Assembly: GCA_031835245.2 (NCBI GenBank)
Contig: JAVKOQ020000033.1
Location: forward strand, 248,001-295,964
Origin: Balamuthia mandrillaris
Taxonomy: Eukaryota
Direction: 5' to 3'
Length of the DNA stretch: 47,964 bases
A program made the translations under genes and the position numbers. The notes below the pieces were generated by a model that made no database searches, was not told where the DNA came from, and was given only the letters and a program-made list of their open reading frames with translations. Positions 37,131-47,964 of the stretch are shown in pieces; position 1 is the first letter of the stretch, and each line of letters begins with the position of its first letter.

Positions 37131-38932
37131 ATGATTTCTTCTTTGTGTTGGGTTCCCAAAGGAGCCGCCAAACCCGTTCCCTCTAGATTTGTGCGCCCAG
37201 AGGACGATGTTGAGGAAGAGGAAGGAGGAACCTCGGGGTTGGAGGGCAGTCAGAAAGGAGGTAAAGCGAAGCTGAGCCATTTGCCGGCTGGAGTCAACCG
37301 GGATGAGATCATCGCCAAATATAATCTCGACACTTATGACGAGGAGGAAGAGGGGGGTTTGATACTGCCACTTTTATTCTTTTATTACTATTGCTTGAAT
37401 TGAGACTTACATGTTCCGCCGCCCTCTTTCCGCTACCGACTGCCCTTGCTGCGATTACCAGGGGTGATGGGTGTCAGCGACAGGCCTTATTATGCATCGA
37501 ACAAGGAGGACCCTTACCTGACTTCGAAAGACGAGGTTTGCAATTTTTTGGACGCTCTTCCTCGCCTCCTCCGCCCTCTTAGTTTCTTTCTTTGTGTCTC
37601 TTTCTTTTGTTCTCCCCTTCTACCCCCTTTGCCTCTCCACCATCTCTTTCTCATTTTTCTTCTTCTGCTGTCACTCACTCGTCCCATCCAAGGTTGAAGA
37701 GGAGGAGGAATTGGAAGAGTTCACCATACGCGATACGGACGCGCTCATCCTGGCAGCAACTACAGACAAAGAGGACTCCCACAGTCATCTCGATGTTCAT
37801 GTCTACGAAACGGAAGAAAACCATCGTTACATTCATCACGACATTCTTTTAGGATTGTTTCCTCTTTGTCTGGCTTGGACCGATGCTGCCAAGTCGGGTA
37901 AGCGTAACTCCTTAGTCTATCGTTTCATTTATTTTTGTTCGTCTTACACTCTGTAACCTTGCAGACGGTGGAAGCTTTGTTGCTGTTGGGACATTTGAGC
38001 CTGCCATAGAAATTTGGGACTTGGATGTTGTCAATGTTGTTCAGCCTGTTGTAACCCTTGGTGGTTACAATACATCTACAACTAATTCTGGTCCTTCTAG
38101 GACTTCTACCGTTCCAAGGCACCTTCAGCGTAAAAAAAAGAAGCGTGCTGCCAAACCTACATTGATTCCAGGCAGCCATGTTGATGCTGTCACTGGCCTG
38201 AGTTGGAATAAGCAACACAAAAACTTGTTATCAAGCTCCAGTGCCGATTGTACCATCAAAGTTTGGGACTTGGAAAGTCACAAATGTTTACAAACCTACC
38301 AACATCACAAAGACAAGGTAACTGACTCTATTGCATTTGTTGGTTGTTGTCTTAACACCACTTTTAGGTACAATCTGTTACATGGCATCCTGTAGAGTCC
38401 AACATTATGCTTTCTGGTGCATTTGATCGAACTGTTGCTGTTTTTGATGCCCGCCGTCCTGATGCCTTTGTTAGCTGGACTACTTCGGCTGATGTGGAAG
38501 CTATTTTATGGAACTTACATTCCCCGAAGCATTTTTTGGTTAGTCTTCTCTCTTTGTTTTTAAAGTTACACGTTTTGATGATTTTCAATTTAGGTAAGCA
38601 CAGAAGATGGACAGATAAGCTGCTTCACCACTGATGTGCCTGGCAAACCATTGTGGAGTTTTCATGCACATTCTGCAGCAGTGACAAGCATATCTTTGAA
38701 CCCACAGATACCAAACTTCCTTGCTAGTGTGTCCCATGACAAGACCCTGAAGCTCTGGGATCTGAGCAAAGATGAGCCTGTATGCCTTTTATCAAATGAA
38801 ACAGGGCTTGGTAAGACTTTTACAGTTGCTTTCAATGAAGATTGGCCACTTTTGGTTGCGGCTGGTGGCAAAAATGGGATGAAAATATGGGATACGGCCT
38901 CCAATGAGGTTATACAAAAAACATTCAAATAA
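37131..38932 (+). CDS. PWP1: Periodic tryptophan protein 1 (WD40), multi-exon
   Basis: MISSLCWVPKGAAK, YNLDTYDEE, YYASNKEDPYL, HLDVHVYE...YIHHDILL..FPLCLAW, AVGTFEPAIEIWDLDVV..V.P, HVDAVTGLSWN. Confidence 0.96.
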
Positions 38933-39269
38933 AGAAAATTTTTTTAACAAGACTTAGTGCAGTTACTTCATCCGCATGTCTGTTCCATCAGTGAGAAAAT
39001 CCCTGTTCTGTGGACTTCAGCAAAAGCCATCTTTTTTAGCCATTTTGTTCCACACTTCATCGCATACAAAAAGCTCTGTTACCTGTAAGCTGGCCCTATG
39101 GAGTCTGTCTGTTCCATCAGGGAGAAAATCTTGTGGCCAGATTATTCCCCCACTGCCACCGGACTTCCTAGCTTTGACACTATGCAACGTGGTTAATAAG
39201 GACCCTTGAATGTGTTTGGCATCCGCCTGTGCTACCTGCCTGACAACTTCAATAGTTGCTACTACTATC

Positions 39270-39450
39270 ACAATGAAAGCAAATCTTCAGGCAATCCAAC
39301 TTGCACACTCGCCCCTTCCTTTGCCTTTTACTACCTCACCTCCTTCTTCTAAGCTCACTTCTTCTACTTCAACCACTGAGCAAAGAACATGCTATAAGTG
39401 TAAGCAACAAGGTCACCTTGTATCTTCTCGTCCTAACAAGACCAACAAGA
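39270..39450 (+). mobile_element. Degenerate gag-like fragment with CCHC zinc-knuckle remnant
   Basis: RTCYKCKQQGHLVSSRP (Cx2Cx4Hx4[C>R]) after a Ser/Thr/Pro linker; isolated, no intact gene context. Confidence 0.5.
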
Positions 39451-39772
39451 ACTCATCTGGCCTGTTTGCCTGCCCTTTTTACAAACAATAAAAAAAAAAC
39501 AAAAAAAAAAGGTCAAAAACAAATAGTGAACTCTCATGCAAACCAACACTCCATGAAAACAAACCCACCAATACTTTGCGACATGGCACATGCAACACAA
39601 GTAGTTAAGAACATAGGTCATTATGCAGGAAAAAAGAGAAGTTAAAAAGAAATAGCTAACTCTGCAAATTAACAGTACAATGAGAGTATATCCACCACTA
39701 CTTTTAACCTTGGCACATTAGATGCAACCAGTTACACCTTTCAACTTCATTCTTTACCTAAGAAAAAGGAAT

Positions 39773-40092
39773 TGTAACAAGACAAGAAGTGTATTCAAGA
39801 GAATAGAGAAAATACAACAAGAATGAATCTCTGACGTTGCTTCAAATTACACCAAGAGTAAGGAGGAAAGGAGAAAAAAGGGATATATATATATATATAT
39901 ATATATAGAAGGATATAAAATCAAGAAAAGCTGAGGGTCTAGGATGGATCCATCCAACATGAGGAGTCGTGAGACGAGAGTTGGTGATCTTACCAACATA
40001 CTCCCTTAAAAAAAGTTTCTGAATATAGGTCACCTTTCCAGTTCAAAGTACTCATGCTTATTCCTGGGCCTGTTTGATCTTTTCTATTTTGT
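39773..40092 (-). mobile_element. 3' remnant of a second, older chromovirus: chromodomain relic, PPT-like tract and ~226-bp LTR (39773-39998)
   Basis: Minus strand reads, with frameshifts, KIEKI..GP.NKHEYF.NWKG..YSE, then AAGGGAGTA, then TGTTGGTAAGATCACCAACT...(TA)n...GAATACA...TTGTTACA. Confidence 0.55.
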
Positions 40093-41238
40093 ATTATTAG
40101 CAACTGACCAACGCACAATGGTTTGGTTTAGCGATAGTCCCTGTCAACACTAATTTTCCCTGCTAAAAGTAGCAGGGAAGCGCAGGAGCTATTTTGCTTG
40201 CCCCTTTTTCCCTTGCCATTTCTTTTCAGCCAACTGCCAACATAACCAACTCTTTCTTTGTTCCTTTCTTCTTTTCTGTCAACAATCTTATGTCAGCCAC
40301 TATCCATCTTTTATGTCAACAGTGAGCCATTCTGAAGATCTTTCTCCTGCCTTCCCTGTGGTTCCTGTCTTTCTCTTTGTTCCTGTCTCGGTTCTATGCT
40401 CAGGTTCTAACATTGTGATGTTGGCAACTGACAACATAAGTATTCATCTAGTACGAGTTCATTGGTGAAGTACTCTAAAGGAGCAATTAGCTTCAACTAG
40501 TTCAGACTGAATTTGTCTGATCCAATGTGTTTATATGATTTATATTAAAAAAAAAAAACAAGAATAATATGTCCTTGGTTAACCAAAAAGCTGAGAATTA
40601 GCATTATTATTGAGTAGGTTGAATGTCTTGTTTATTAGTAAATTTAATTAGCTTTCAATCAACTCAGAACTACCATGAACTACAAACAAGAATGAACAGT
40701 GGCTATACCTTATAGTATAGCTTCATTTTGTTGTTTTTTTTTCTTTTGTGCCTGGTTGACGATGGTTGCATGTATGGCACAACTTCTTTTTTTTGTTGTT
40801 TATTATTATTTAGGCCTTATCTATTTCCTGGCTGGGTTTCTTAACAATATGAACATCAACCTTCTTAGTTGAACTCAAGCAACAAAGGAAAAAGATCATC
40901 TTTATAAGGAGTCAAAAAGCAAGACTCAACATATACTTTGTCATCAACTTTGGCTGTTGTGCTACCTTTACATATCCAGTTTTTGCAATAGCCAAGTCAA
41001 GAACATGATCAGGTGACCTGAAAATAGTCTTTTCACCTTCAATTTTTATTTTTACTCTTCTTTTTCTCTTTCTTGTTCTCATTTTCATTTTTATTCTCTT
41101 CTCTTTTTGTCTTTTTTATTTTCAGTAATTAAAAGAAAGAAAAACAAAATACCTATTTTAACTTTGAGAACATTATAAATTACCTCATGAGACAGAACTA
41201 ATAAGAATGTATCTTGTTGCAAATAAGTTGACTAATAT

Positions 41239-41438
41239 TGTTGATGGGGAATAACCCTGTGGATCAAGAAAGGGACGGCACGTAAGTGACTCTGGGTTTA
41301 TTCACAAGAAAAGGGGTGTGGACCAAAGTGTGTGCTTTGAATGTGTCACAAGGAAAAGGGGAAAATAAAAAGGGCGAGAAAATTTGGAGGTATCGGGGAG
41401 AGTGTCGACAAGAAGTCATAATAGTTGGTTTTCCAACA
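41239..41438 (-). repeat. 3' LTR
   Basis: 200 bp, 191/200 identical to 46591-46790 by manual alignment; contains AATAAA on the element strand. Confidence 0.97.
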
Positions 41439-44400
41439 TCACTGCCTTCCCAAAGAGAACTAACGCCATTTGCAACGTTTCTTGTCTTGGGGTACTTCTT
41501 CCCCCAGTAGGTGGTGATGGGTCGCTGGGAGCCGAAGTCCTTGGCTGTAAACCAGGAGTTATCCGAGTCAGGGTATCCTTTCCACTTCACAAGTAGCAGT
41601 CAGAAGGTGGGCCGGCATGGTCGAGGACCTTTTCAACTTCGAAGTGCTTATCTTCAAAAGGAGTGTTGGGATCAACAAGCTTGAGAGCACTTGGAGGAAC
41701 CTTGTCAGGGAGTATGTCGCCAGTGATGTCCTGAAGGACGTAGGCTCTGTTGTTGGTGCAGTGGTGGATGATGAAGGGGCCGAGATACTTAGGATCGGTT
41801 TTGGAGTTTGCTGACAAGTTTTTCAGCATTACCTTATCACCGGGAGAAAAATGGGTGATTTTGTTGTTGGTGTTGAATTACTTTTCTATGTTAGTGGAGT
41901 ATTTGGCAACCTTTTCGTAGATGGAGGAGTAGACGATTTGCAGCATGACCTTGGTGGGAGAGGTGATCTCACGAGGAGTTTTAAGCTTGGATATGCTTTC
42001 AAAGTAGTTTTCTGGGTAGGAAAGAGGCCTGCTGAAGAAGAGCTCAAAAGGTTTGGAGTCTAAGTGACAGGATATGTGCTGATTCAGGGCGAATTGAGCA
42101 ATGGGGAGGAACATGGACCAGTGTCCGAGGTTGCCTTTAAGGGATTTCAGGAGCATGGATTTGGTGAGCTTGACGTGGCTTTCTGCAGCTCCGTTGGCTC
42201 ATGGGTGATATGAAGAGATGAACCGGTGGTCGAAACCTGCCTGGTCACGTACTGCGGACATGATTTTGTTGACAAATTCAGTGCTGTTGTCAGACTGGAC
42301 GATTTTGAGGAAGCTGAGTTTGCAGATGATCTTGACAAACTCACAGGAGACTTCTTCTGTGGATTTGTCCTTGAGAGGGCGGAGAATCGTAAAATGTGTG
42401 GCGATGTCCATGATGATGAAGATGTATTGATAGCCCATGAAGTCTGTTTGCAAGGGGCCAGTAAGGTCAATGGTGATATACTCAAAAGGAAAAGTAGCAT
42501 GTATCGACTTGAGAGGGTGGAAACCAAGCCGTGTGACATTGAAGCGAAGGCATTCCTTGCAATGGCGTGCTGTGTTGTGGCAGTCATTGCAGATGTTGGG
42601 CCAGAAGTAACCTTCCTTAAGCACTTTGTGAAGGAGGCTTTCAGTGCCTTTGCTGATGGAGTGGAGTCGTTCCAAGATTTGTTGACGTTCGTTGGGTGGA
42701 GGAACCGTTTTGCTGAGAAGGTCCTTGATGAAGTCGTTTAACGTACGTGAGGGAGCCGAGAGTTGGCTGTCGTCAAGTTTGATGTTGTTGACTTTGGGTT
42801 TAGGGGCCAGAGTTTTGGCGTTCTGAGGAACTTGAGGAACATTCAGCGGTGCATTGCAGAGGATGGAAGGAGCGTACAATTGTGAGAGGGAGTCCTCTAA
42901 GATATGATGAATGCCAGGCTGATGGAAAACCTTGAAGTCGTAGTGAAGGATTACAAGAGCCCAGTGTACAAGCATGCTGTTGAGGTCTTTTGTGTTGAAA
43001 AGATGCACAAGAGGTCTGTGGTCTGTGTAGAGTAGGAAGTGTTGGCTGATGAGGTAGTAATGGAATCTGTCAAGCATGAAGATGATAGCAAGCAGCTCTC
43101 GTTTGATGGAAGGATAATTGCGTTGAGCAGGGTTAAGAGCCTTGCTGACGAAGCAGATGTAGCTACACTTGCCGTTGTCATCTTCTTGGTAAAGTACAGC
43201 GCCAACACCATGCTGAGAAGTGTCAGTGCCAACATGAAAGGGGTTTGTCCCAATCTGGTGCACTTAAGATGGTTGGACTGGAGATGACGTGCTTGAAAGT
43301 GTCAAGTGCTTGTAGACAGTCATCATTCCAATAAGGTCGGATATCAGGGACATTCTGGAGAGGTTTGAGGGGTGCCACAATCTCTGCATAGCAAGGGATG
43401 TAGTCCTGAAGGAAGTTGGTGAAACCTAGGATACTCTGTATTTGTTTGCCTGTGGTGGAAGTAGGTAGAGTAGAAAAGGTAGAGATTTTCTCTAGGTCAG
43501 GTAGGCAGCCATCTCTTGATACAATATGACCAAGGAGTCGCACTCGAGTATATCCAAACTGGCATTTCTTGAGGCGGAGGCGGAGGCCTGTAACAGTGAG
43601 GGCATTGATGACCTTGACAATGTCACTGATGTGCTGTTCTAGCGAAGAGGATTTGGTGAAGACCAAGATGTCGTCCACATAGTGGGAGGAGATGTCGATC
43701 AGGAGGCGAAGGGTGGCTGCAATGAAGCAGGACATGACAGCCTGAACGTGCTTGACACTGAAAGGTGTGCCTACGAACTTGAGCCGTACGCCATACCATG
43801 TGAAGGTAAGCTTTTCTTGGTGAGGTGGATAAACCAGGATTTGGTTGTAGGACCAGACGAGGTCCAAAAGGGTAGCCCATTTGAGGCCTAGAGCTCATTC
43901 GATGAGAACTTTGGTGTCCTCAATCAGGTACTCGTCATCAGCAAGGAGAAAGTTAATGCCACTGGGGTCAATACAGATTCTGACTTTTGACCATTTGCCA
44001 TGTTTGTCTTTTTTGGGGACTGGAAGGATGGGAGAATTCCATTGGCAGTTGAGTGAAGAGAGTGCAATGACGCCATGTTGGAGCCATACGGTGAGTTGCC
44101 TAAAGACTGAGTTGTGATAGATCTCAGGGATGGTGTACTGTTTGCAGAAAACAGGTTTGGCATTGCTGGTGTTAAGGTAAATTACGCTTTCTGGAAGGGA
44201 ACTGCTGGGGCCGTGAGGCACTTGCTGGTTGCGCTGGAGCGCATCATGGATGCCTTCAGTGATCTTTCAAGCAGTGTCAGGAGGAGGAGGAAGCTCAACA
44301 CATTTGTCCTTGTCAGAAATGTTGAAGTCGTCTTCCTTGAATTCTTCTCATTCACTAGGAAGAGGATAATGCACAGGACGGCTGAAAAGACCAACGCTAA

Positions 44401-44647
44401 TGCGTCACATGATGTCTCTTCCAAATAGGATCTCATGCTCACCTTGAAGAGGCATGATGAAGAAGTGGTGAAACAACTTGCGAGAACCACAGTCAATGTG
44501 GACATGTGCCACACAGTGGGTAATGTGGGTGGTGGACCTGTCGCCTAACATGATTTCCATATTGTCTATGTTGGAGATGATGGTGTGGTGGCGTTTACAG
44601 GATGTATCTTTCCGTTGCTGCTGGAGAGATGAAGGAGTGTGATGCAC
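41264..44647 (-). pseudogene. pol: Disrupted pol (protease C-terminus, RT, RNase H, integrase, chromodomain)
   Basis: WNSPILPVPKKD..VRICID, HYVDDILVF, KCQFGY..V.LLGH, TDTSQHGVGAVL, AQRNYP...ELLAI, YTDHRPL, H...GYFWP..C..C, IDLTGPL, VQSDNSTEF, YHP*ANGAAE, YLGPF, FEVEKVLDH...KWKGYPDSDNSW. Several stops and frameshifts. Confidence 0.95.
41439..41451 (-). other. Polypurine-tract-like sequence GGGAAGGCAGTGA abutting the 3' LTR
   Basis: Purine-rich run at the canonical plus-strand priming position. Confidence 0.65.
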
Positions 44648-46541
44648 CAGAGTCTATGAAGCCTGTGGCACACTGACAGTTAAGGAGGATGGGAGCCGTG
44701 ATGGGAGGTTCCACTTTGTCCTTGCAGTCATCTTCTACATCGTCATCATCATCTGTGTTGAGACCTTCCACATGAATAGCTTCAGGGGTGACTACAGGGC
44801 TGGGAGCGTCCGTAGTAGAGTCAGAAGCGTTGCCAGGGTGAAGGAGGGAGTTAAGGTCGATGGCAGCAAGCTCTACGTTGCCTTGAATCTCCCAGGCATG
44901 GTGGACTGCTTCCATGAACTCCTGCTTTGCGGTAGCATCCAGTGCATTGGTAGATGGCTGGTTGGTGCCAGAAGGAGGCGGAGCCAGTGAAGGAGCTGGT
45001 GAAGGAGACAGTGATGAAGGTGGCAATGATGCTGAAGCCGGTTGCTGAGATGTTGATGTCTGCGCTTGGCTAGCGTTGAGTGCTGCAGGCTGGCGGGGTT
45101 TACACTGATGACCAGGATGCCAAGGCGCTGAGCACTTACAGCAGGTGTGTTTGTTGGAGGACAGAGGATGTCCTGATGATGAGGAAGAAGATGAGGAGGA
45201 CCCATTGTTGTTGCCATTGTGGCGTTGGCCGGTGTTGGCTTTGCTAGGCGTCTGGGTGCCGTCTTTCATCTGTTTAATCCGTTTACATTCAGCTGCTGAA
45301 TGTCCAGATGTTGGGTGAAGAGGGCAGCTCATACTAGAGGGAGCTTTGTGTGTGTAAAGATTAGCTTCAACACTAAGAGCTATCTGTACAGCTTGGTTGT
45401 ATTTCTCTGCGTTCCATGAGAGTAGCATGTTGTTGACCGATTCCAGGAGGCAAGGGTTGAGGCAGCATTTCAGCACGGCTATTTTCTGCGCTTCAGACGG
45501 CTGCTCAGTCATCTGTTGAAGGATGTTGTCCATCCTCTCAATGACCTTTCTCACTAGTTCCTTGGGTCGGTGGCTAAGTTTGAAGAACTCGTCATGGAGA
45601 CGGGTTTGAAGTTCTGTGCTGCTGAAGTGGGTGGCAAAGAGGTCTCTGGCCTCATGCCATGACAAGCAGGGTATAACTATATTGTTTTGTACCCAGTGGG
45701 AAGCAATCTTGGACCCTTGTGTATATTTAGCGAGGGCCATGTTCCAAATGCTGGGGTGAAGGTTGACAATCTGAAGGTTGTTCTCCAGTTGCCGAAGAAA
45801 GGGTTCTGGGTCGCCATCACGCTCAGGGTTGTAAGCAAGTAGACCAGTCGGAATCTTAGAGGAAAATGAAGGAGAGTCCAGAGAGGTAGGTCATGCTGAA
45901 GGGGAGAATAAGAGGCGCTCTGTGAAAGGTGTGTCAGCTGCACGGTAGGGTGTGTTCACTACATGGGGTGGGCTGTCGAAGAAGAGGCTCTCTTCGCCTT
46001 CTTTGACCTTCTTGGGCTCAGTGTGTGGTTGCCGTTGGGTTATGACTACCTGGTTGAGCTTGATGCGCTCAAGGCGGTCTGCAATATTGTTCACGATGTG
46101 GGTAAGGGTGTTGAACTGCTTGTCCACGTGTGTGATGGTGTTTGTGATGATTGTCTTGTAGTGCTTGAAGACAGACTTGTTGGTGCGCTTAAGGAGGACA
46201 TCAACAGCTTCTATGAGGTAGGAGATGTTGGAGGTTTGATGCTCGAGGCTGTTGAGCTGTTTTGAGAGGTATTGTGGGTCTCTCTGCTCTGCTTGCTGAA
46301 GAGAGTGATCCAGTTTCTGGATGTATTGCTCTGCGAAGTAGAGCTCCCGTTTTGTGGCTGTAAGTTGGGTGAAGATTTCATCCTCGTTGACCGGCTGGTG
46401 TTTGCCCAGAGAATTGAGGGGCTCGTCCTGTGTGACCTTGAGGTGTAGGATGGAGGCTTGCTCCTTTTCGATGAGAAGACAAAGTTCCGCAGGGGATAAA
46501 TCGTCCCAACGTTGAGTGTCGCACTTATCATCGTCACTCAT
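44595..46541 (-). pseudogene. gag: Disrupted gag-protease with coiled-coil N-terminus and two zinc-knuckle-like motifs
   Basis: ATG 46541. ORFs 45891-46580 and 44595-45740 share a frame, split by one TGA. CPLHPTSGHSAAEC, CCKCSAPWHPGHQC, protease FIDSGASHSFI. Confidence 0.9.
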
Positions 46542-46590
46542 TGTGGTGAGGTTGAACCGTTCTTGCCACGAAGAGTTCACTTAAAAAAAA

Positions 46591-46790
46591 TGTTGATGGG
46601 GAATAACCCTGCGAATCAAGAAAGGGACGGCACGTAAGCAACTCTGGGTTTATTCACAAGAAAAGGGGTGTGGACCAAAGTGTGTGCTTTGAATGTGTCG
46701 TAAGGAAAAGGGGAAAATAAAAAGGGTGAGAAAATTTGGAGGTATCAGGAAGAGTGTCGACAAGAAGTCATAATAGTTGGTTTTCCAACA
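46591..46790 (-). repeat. 5' LTR
   Basis: Direct repeat of 41239-41438; followed on the element strand by TTTTTTTTAAG instead of a TGG-type PBS. Confidence 0.97.
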
Positions 46791-47964
46791 ATATTGTACC
46801 TAAAGCAGCATTTTGTAATAGGAGGCAAAGCAACATCAACATTATCAACTTCGTTTTTGTTGCTTTCCAGGATACAACTCATTGCTGCCAACAATAGGAA
46901 ACATATGATGGTTCAGCAAAAAGTGAATGGTGGTCACCTTTATAGGAGACAAAAAAAGCATAAGAGCAAAGAAAGAGAAAAAGAGACTAAAAAGAAAGAA
47001 AAAGAAAAAGAAAACAAAGAAAACTAAATAAAGAAAGGAAGACAAAGAACAAAAGAAAGGTCACATTCCACCTAGTTTCAAACCTTTTATGAACAGTAGC
47101 AACCACAATACTTGGTAGCTCTTCAAGTTGAAGAGTCAAGTCATGAAGATCCTGTGGATATGCAAGCTAGTGAGTCTTTAGCATAGAAAACATAGAAAGA
47201 TATAAAGAGCCGTAATGAACTTACCAGACTTTCATAACAACTATCTATCTTAAACTGACTACAAATGTAGGATATCTTCACCTCCATTGAGACAGGTATA
47301 ATACAATAATTACTAACAGAAATTGTAAAATATGTTTTCCATTTCTTAAAAGAAAATCAAGGAATAAAAAAAAAAGAAGAACATTGGAAAAGAAGACTTG
47401 AAAAAATTAAGATAGAAGAACATTTGATGTAGAAGATCTTATGCGTTTGATACAAACTACTTTATTGATATGTGCCCAAAGTTGCACCTTACCAAAGTGA
47501 GACAAACTAGGTCAAGTGGCACTTAACAACAAAGGAATAGATACCTTTAATAAAACAGCATGTCACCTCAAGAGGCTGTGGTTGGCAAGGGTTCTCAAAC
47601 ATGGCGTTTCCAACTAACCAATTCACAAGCACCAATTCAAATCCTTCTTTTTCTTTTCCTCCTTTTAATCCTTCTCTCTTCTTTTTTCTTTTCTTGTAGA
47701 AGAAGGGAATAAAAGAAATTTCTTTTATGCCTTTTTGTAGACACACTACCAATCAGAAAATTGGAAGGTAGAATGGAAAATACCTTCTCTTAAAAAGCCT
47801 TCTCTTCCTTCAGGTTCAAATCATACATTACATTAGGACAGTAGAAATTATAGTTCAAATAGTACATTCGATTGAAAATAGGACAGCAAGCTCCTGGTTT
47901 AGATGAAATCATTACTTCTACAAAGACAAAAAATGTGGAAAAATAGGGCACTGCTATGCTTGAT

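Larger units (their letters stand above)
41239..46790 (-). mobile_element. Full-length but decayed Ty3/gypsy LTR retrotransposon with chromodomain integrase (chromovirus, Skipper-like), 5552 bp
   Basis: Two 200-bp direct repeats with TGTTG...CAACA ends, 4-bp ATAT duplication on both flanks (41235-41238, 46791-46794), domain order gag-PR-RT-RNaseH-IN-chromodomain. Confidence 0.97.

Noticed and set aside
39017..39271. LTTLHSVKA resembling a UvrD helicase motif (T.H..KG.E)
   Set aside because: Match is short and incomplete with no other helicase motifs nearby.
45891..46580. Separate accessory ORF upstream of gag
   Set aside because: Same frame as gag, split by one TGA that is probably a decayed CGA; treated as the Gag N-terminus.
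46791..47964. Short ORFs and exon-like patches right of the element
   Set aside because: Stop-riddled and AT-rich with no recognisable domain; may be decayed sequence but cannot be assigned.

Overview
Eukaryotic nuclear DNA from a compact, intron-rich protist genome. The short GT-AG introns with CT microsatellites, a TSET subunit and a Skipper-like chromovirus suggest an amoebozoan (inference). Bases 1-38.9 kb are gene-dense, with 15 genes: UNG (3' end off-window), ELP3, XPF/ERCC4, a multidomain TatD, a Cys-type SelenoF/SelM homologue, VPS15, a PPR protein, PSMG2/PAC2, a UBE3A-like AZUL-HECT ligase, RRP45, an OSTF1-like ankyrin protein, a C2-ankyrin protein, TCUP/TML of the TSET complex, PRP38A and PWP1. 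Ten of them form five divergent pairs. From about 38.9 kb the window is an AT-rich island with no recognisable host gene. It holds a full-length but decayed Ty3/gypsy chromovirus (200-bp LTRs, ATAT target-site duplication) and older retroelement debris. Most notable: (1) a TatD fused to a WHEP-like domain and a possible beta-grasp domain, with altered metal ligands; (2) an LTR element with a T8 tract plus bulged hairpin where the tRNA primer-binding site should be; (3) transition-only, CpG-biased decay of that element; (4) a TCUP lacking the mu-homology domain; (5) a UNG with substitutions in two signature motifs. All family calls come from motif recognition by eye; no searches were run and exon boundaries are manual predictions.
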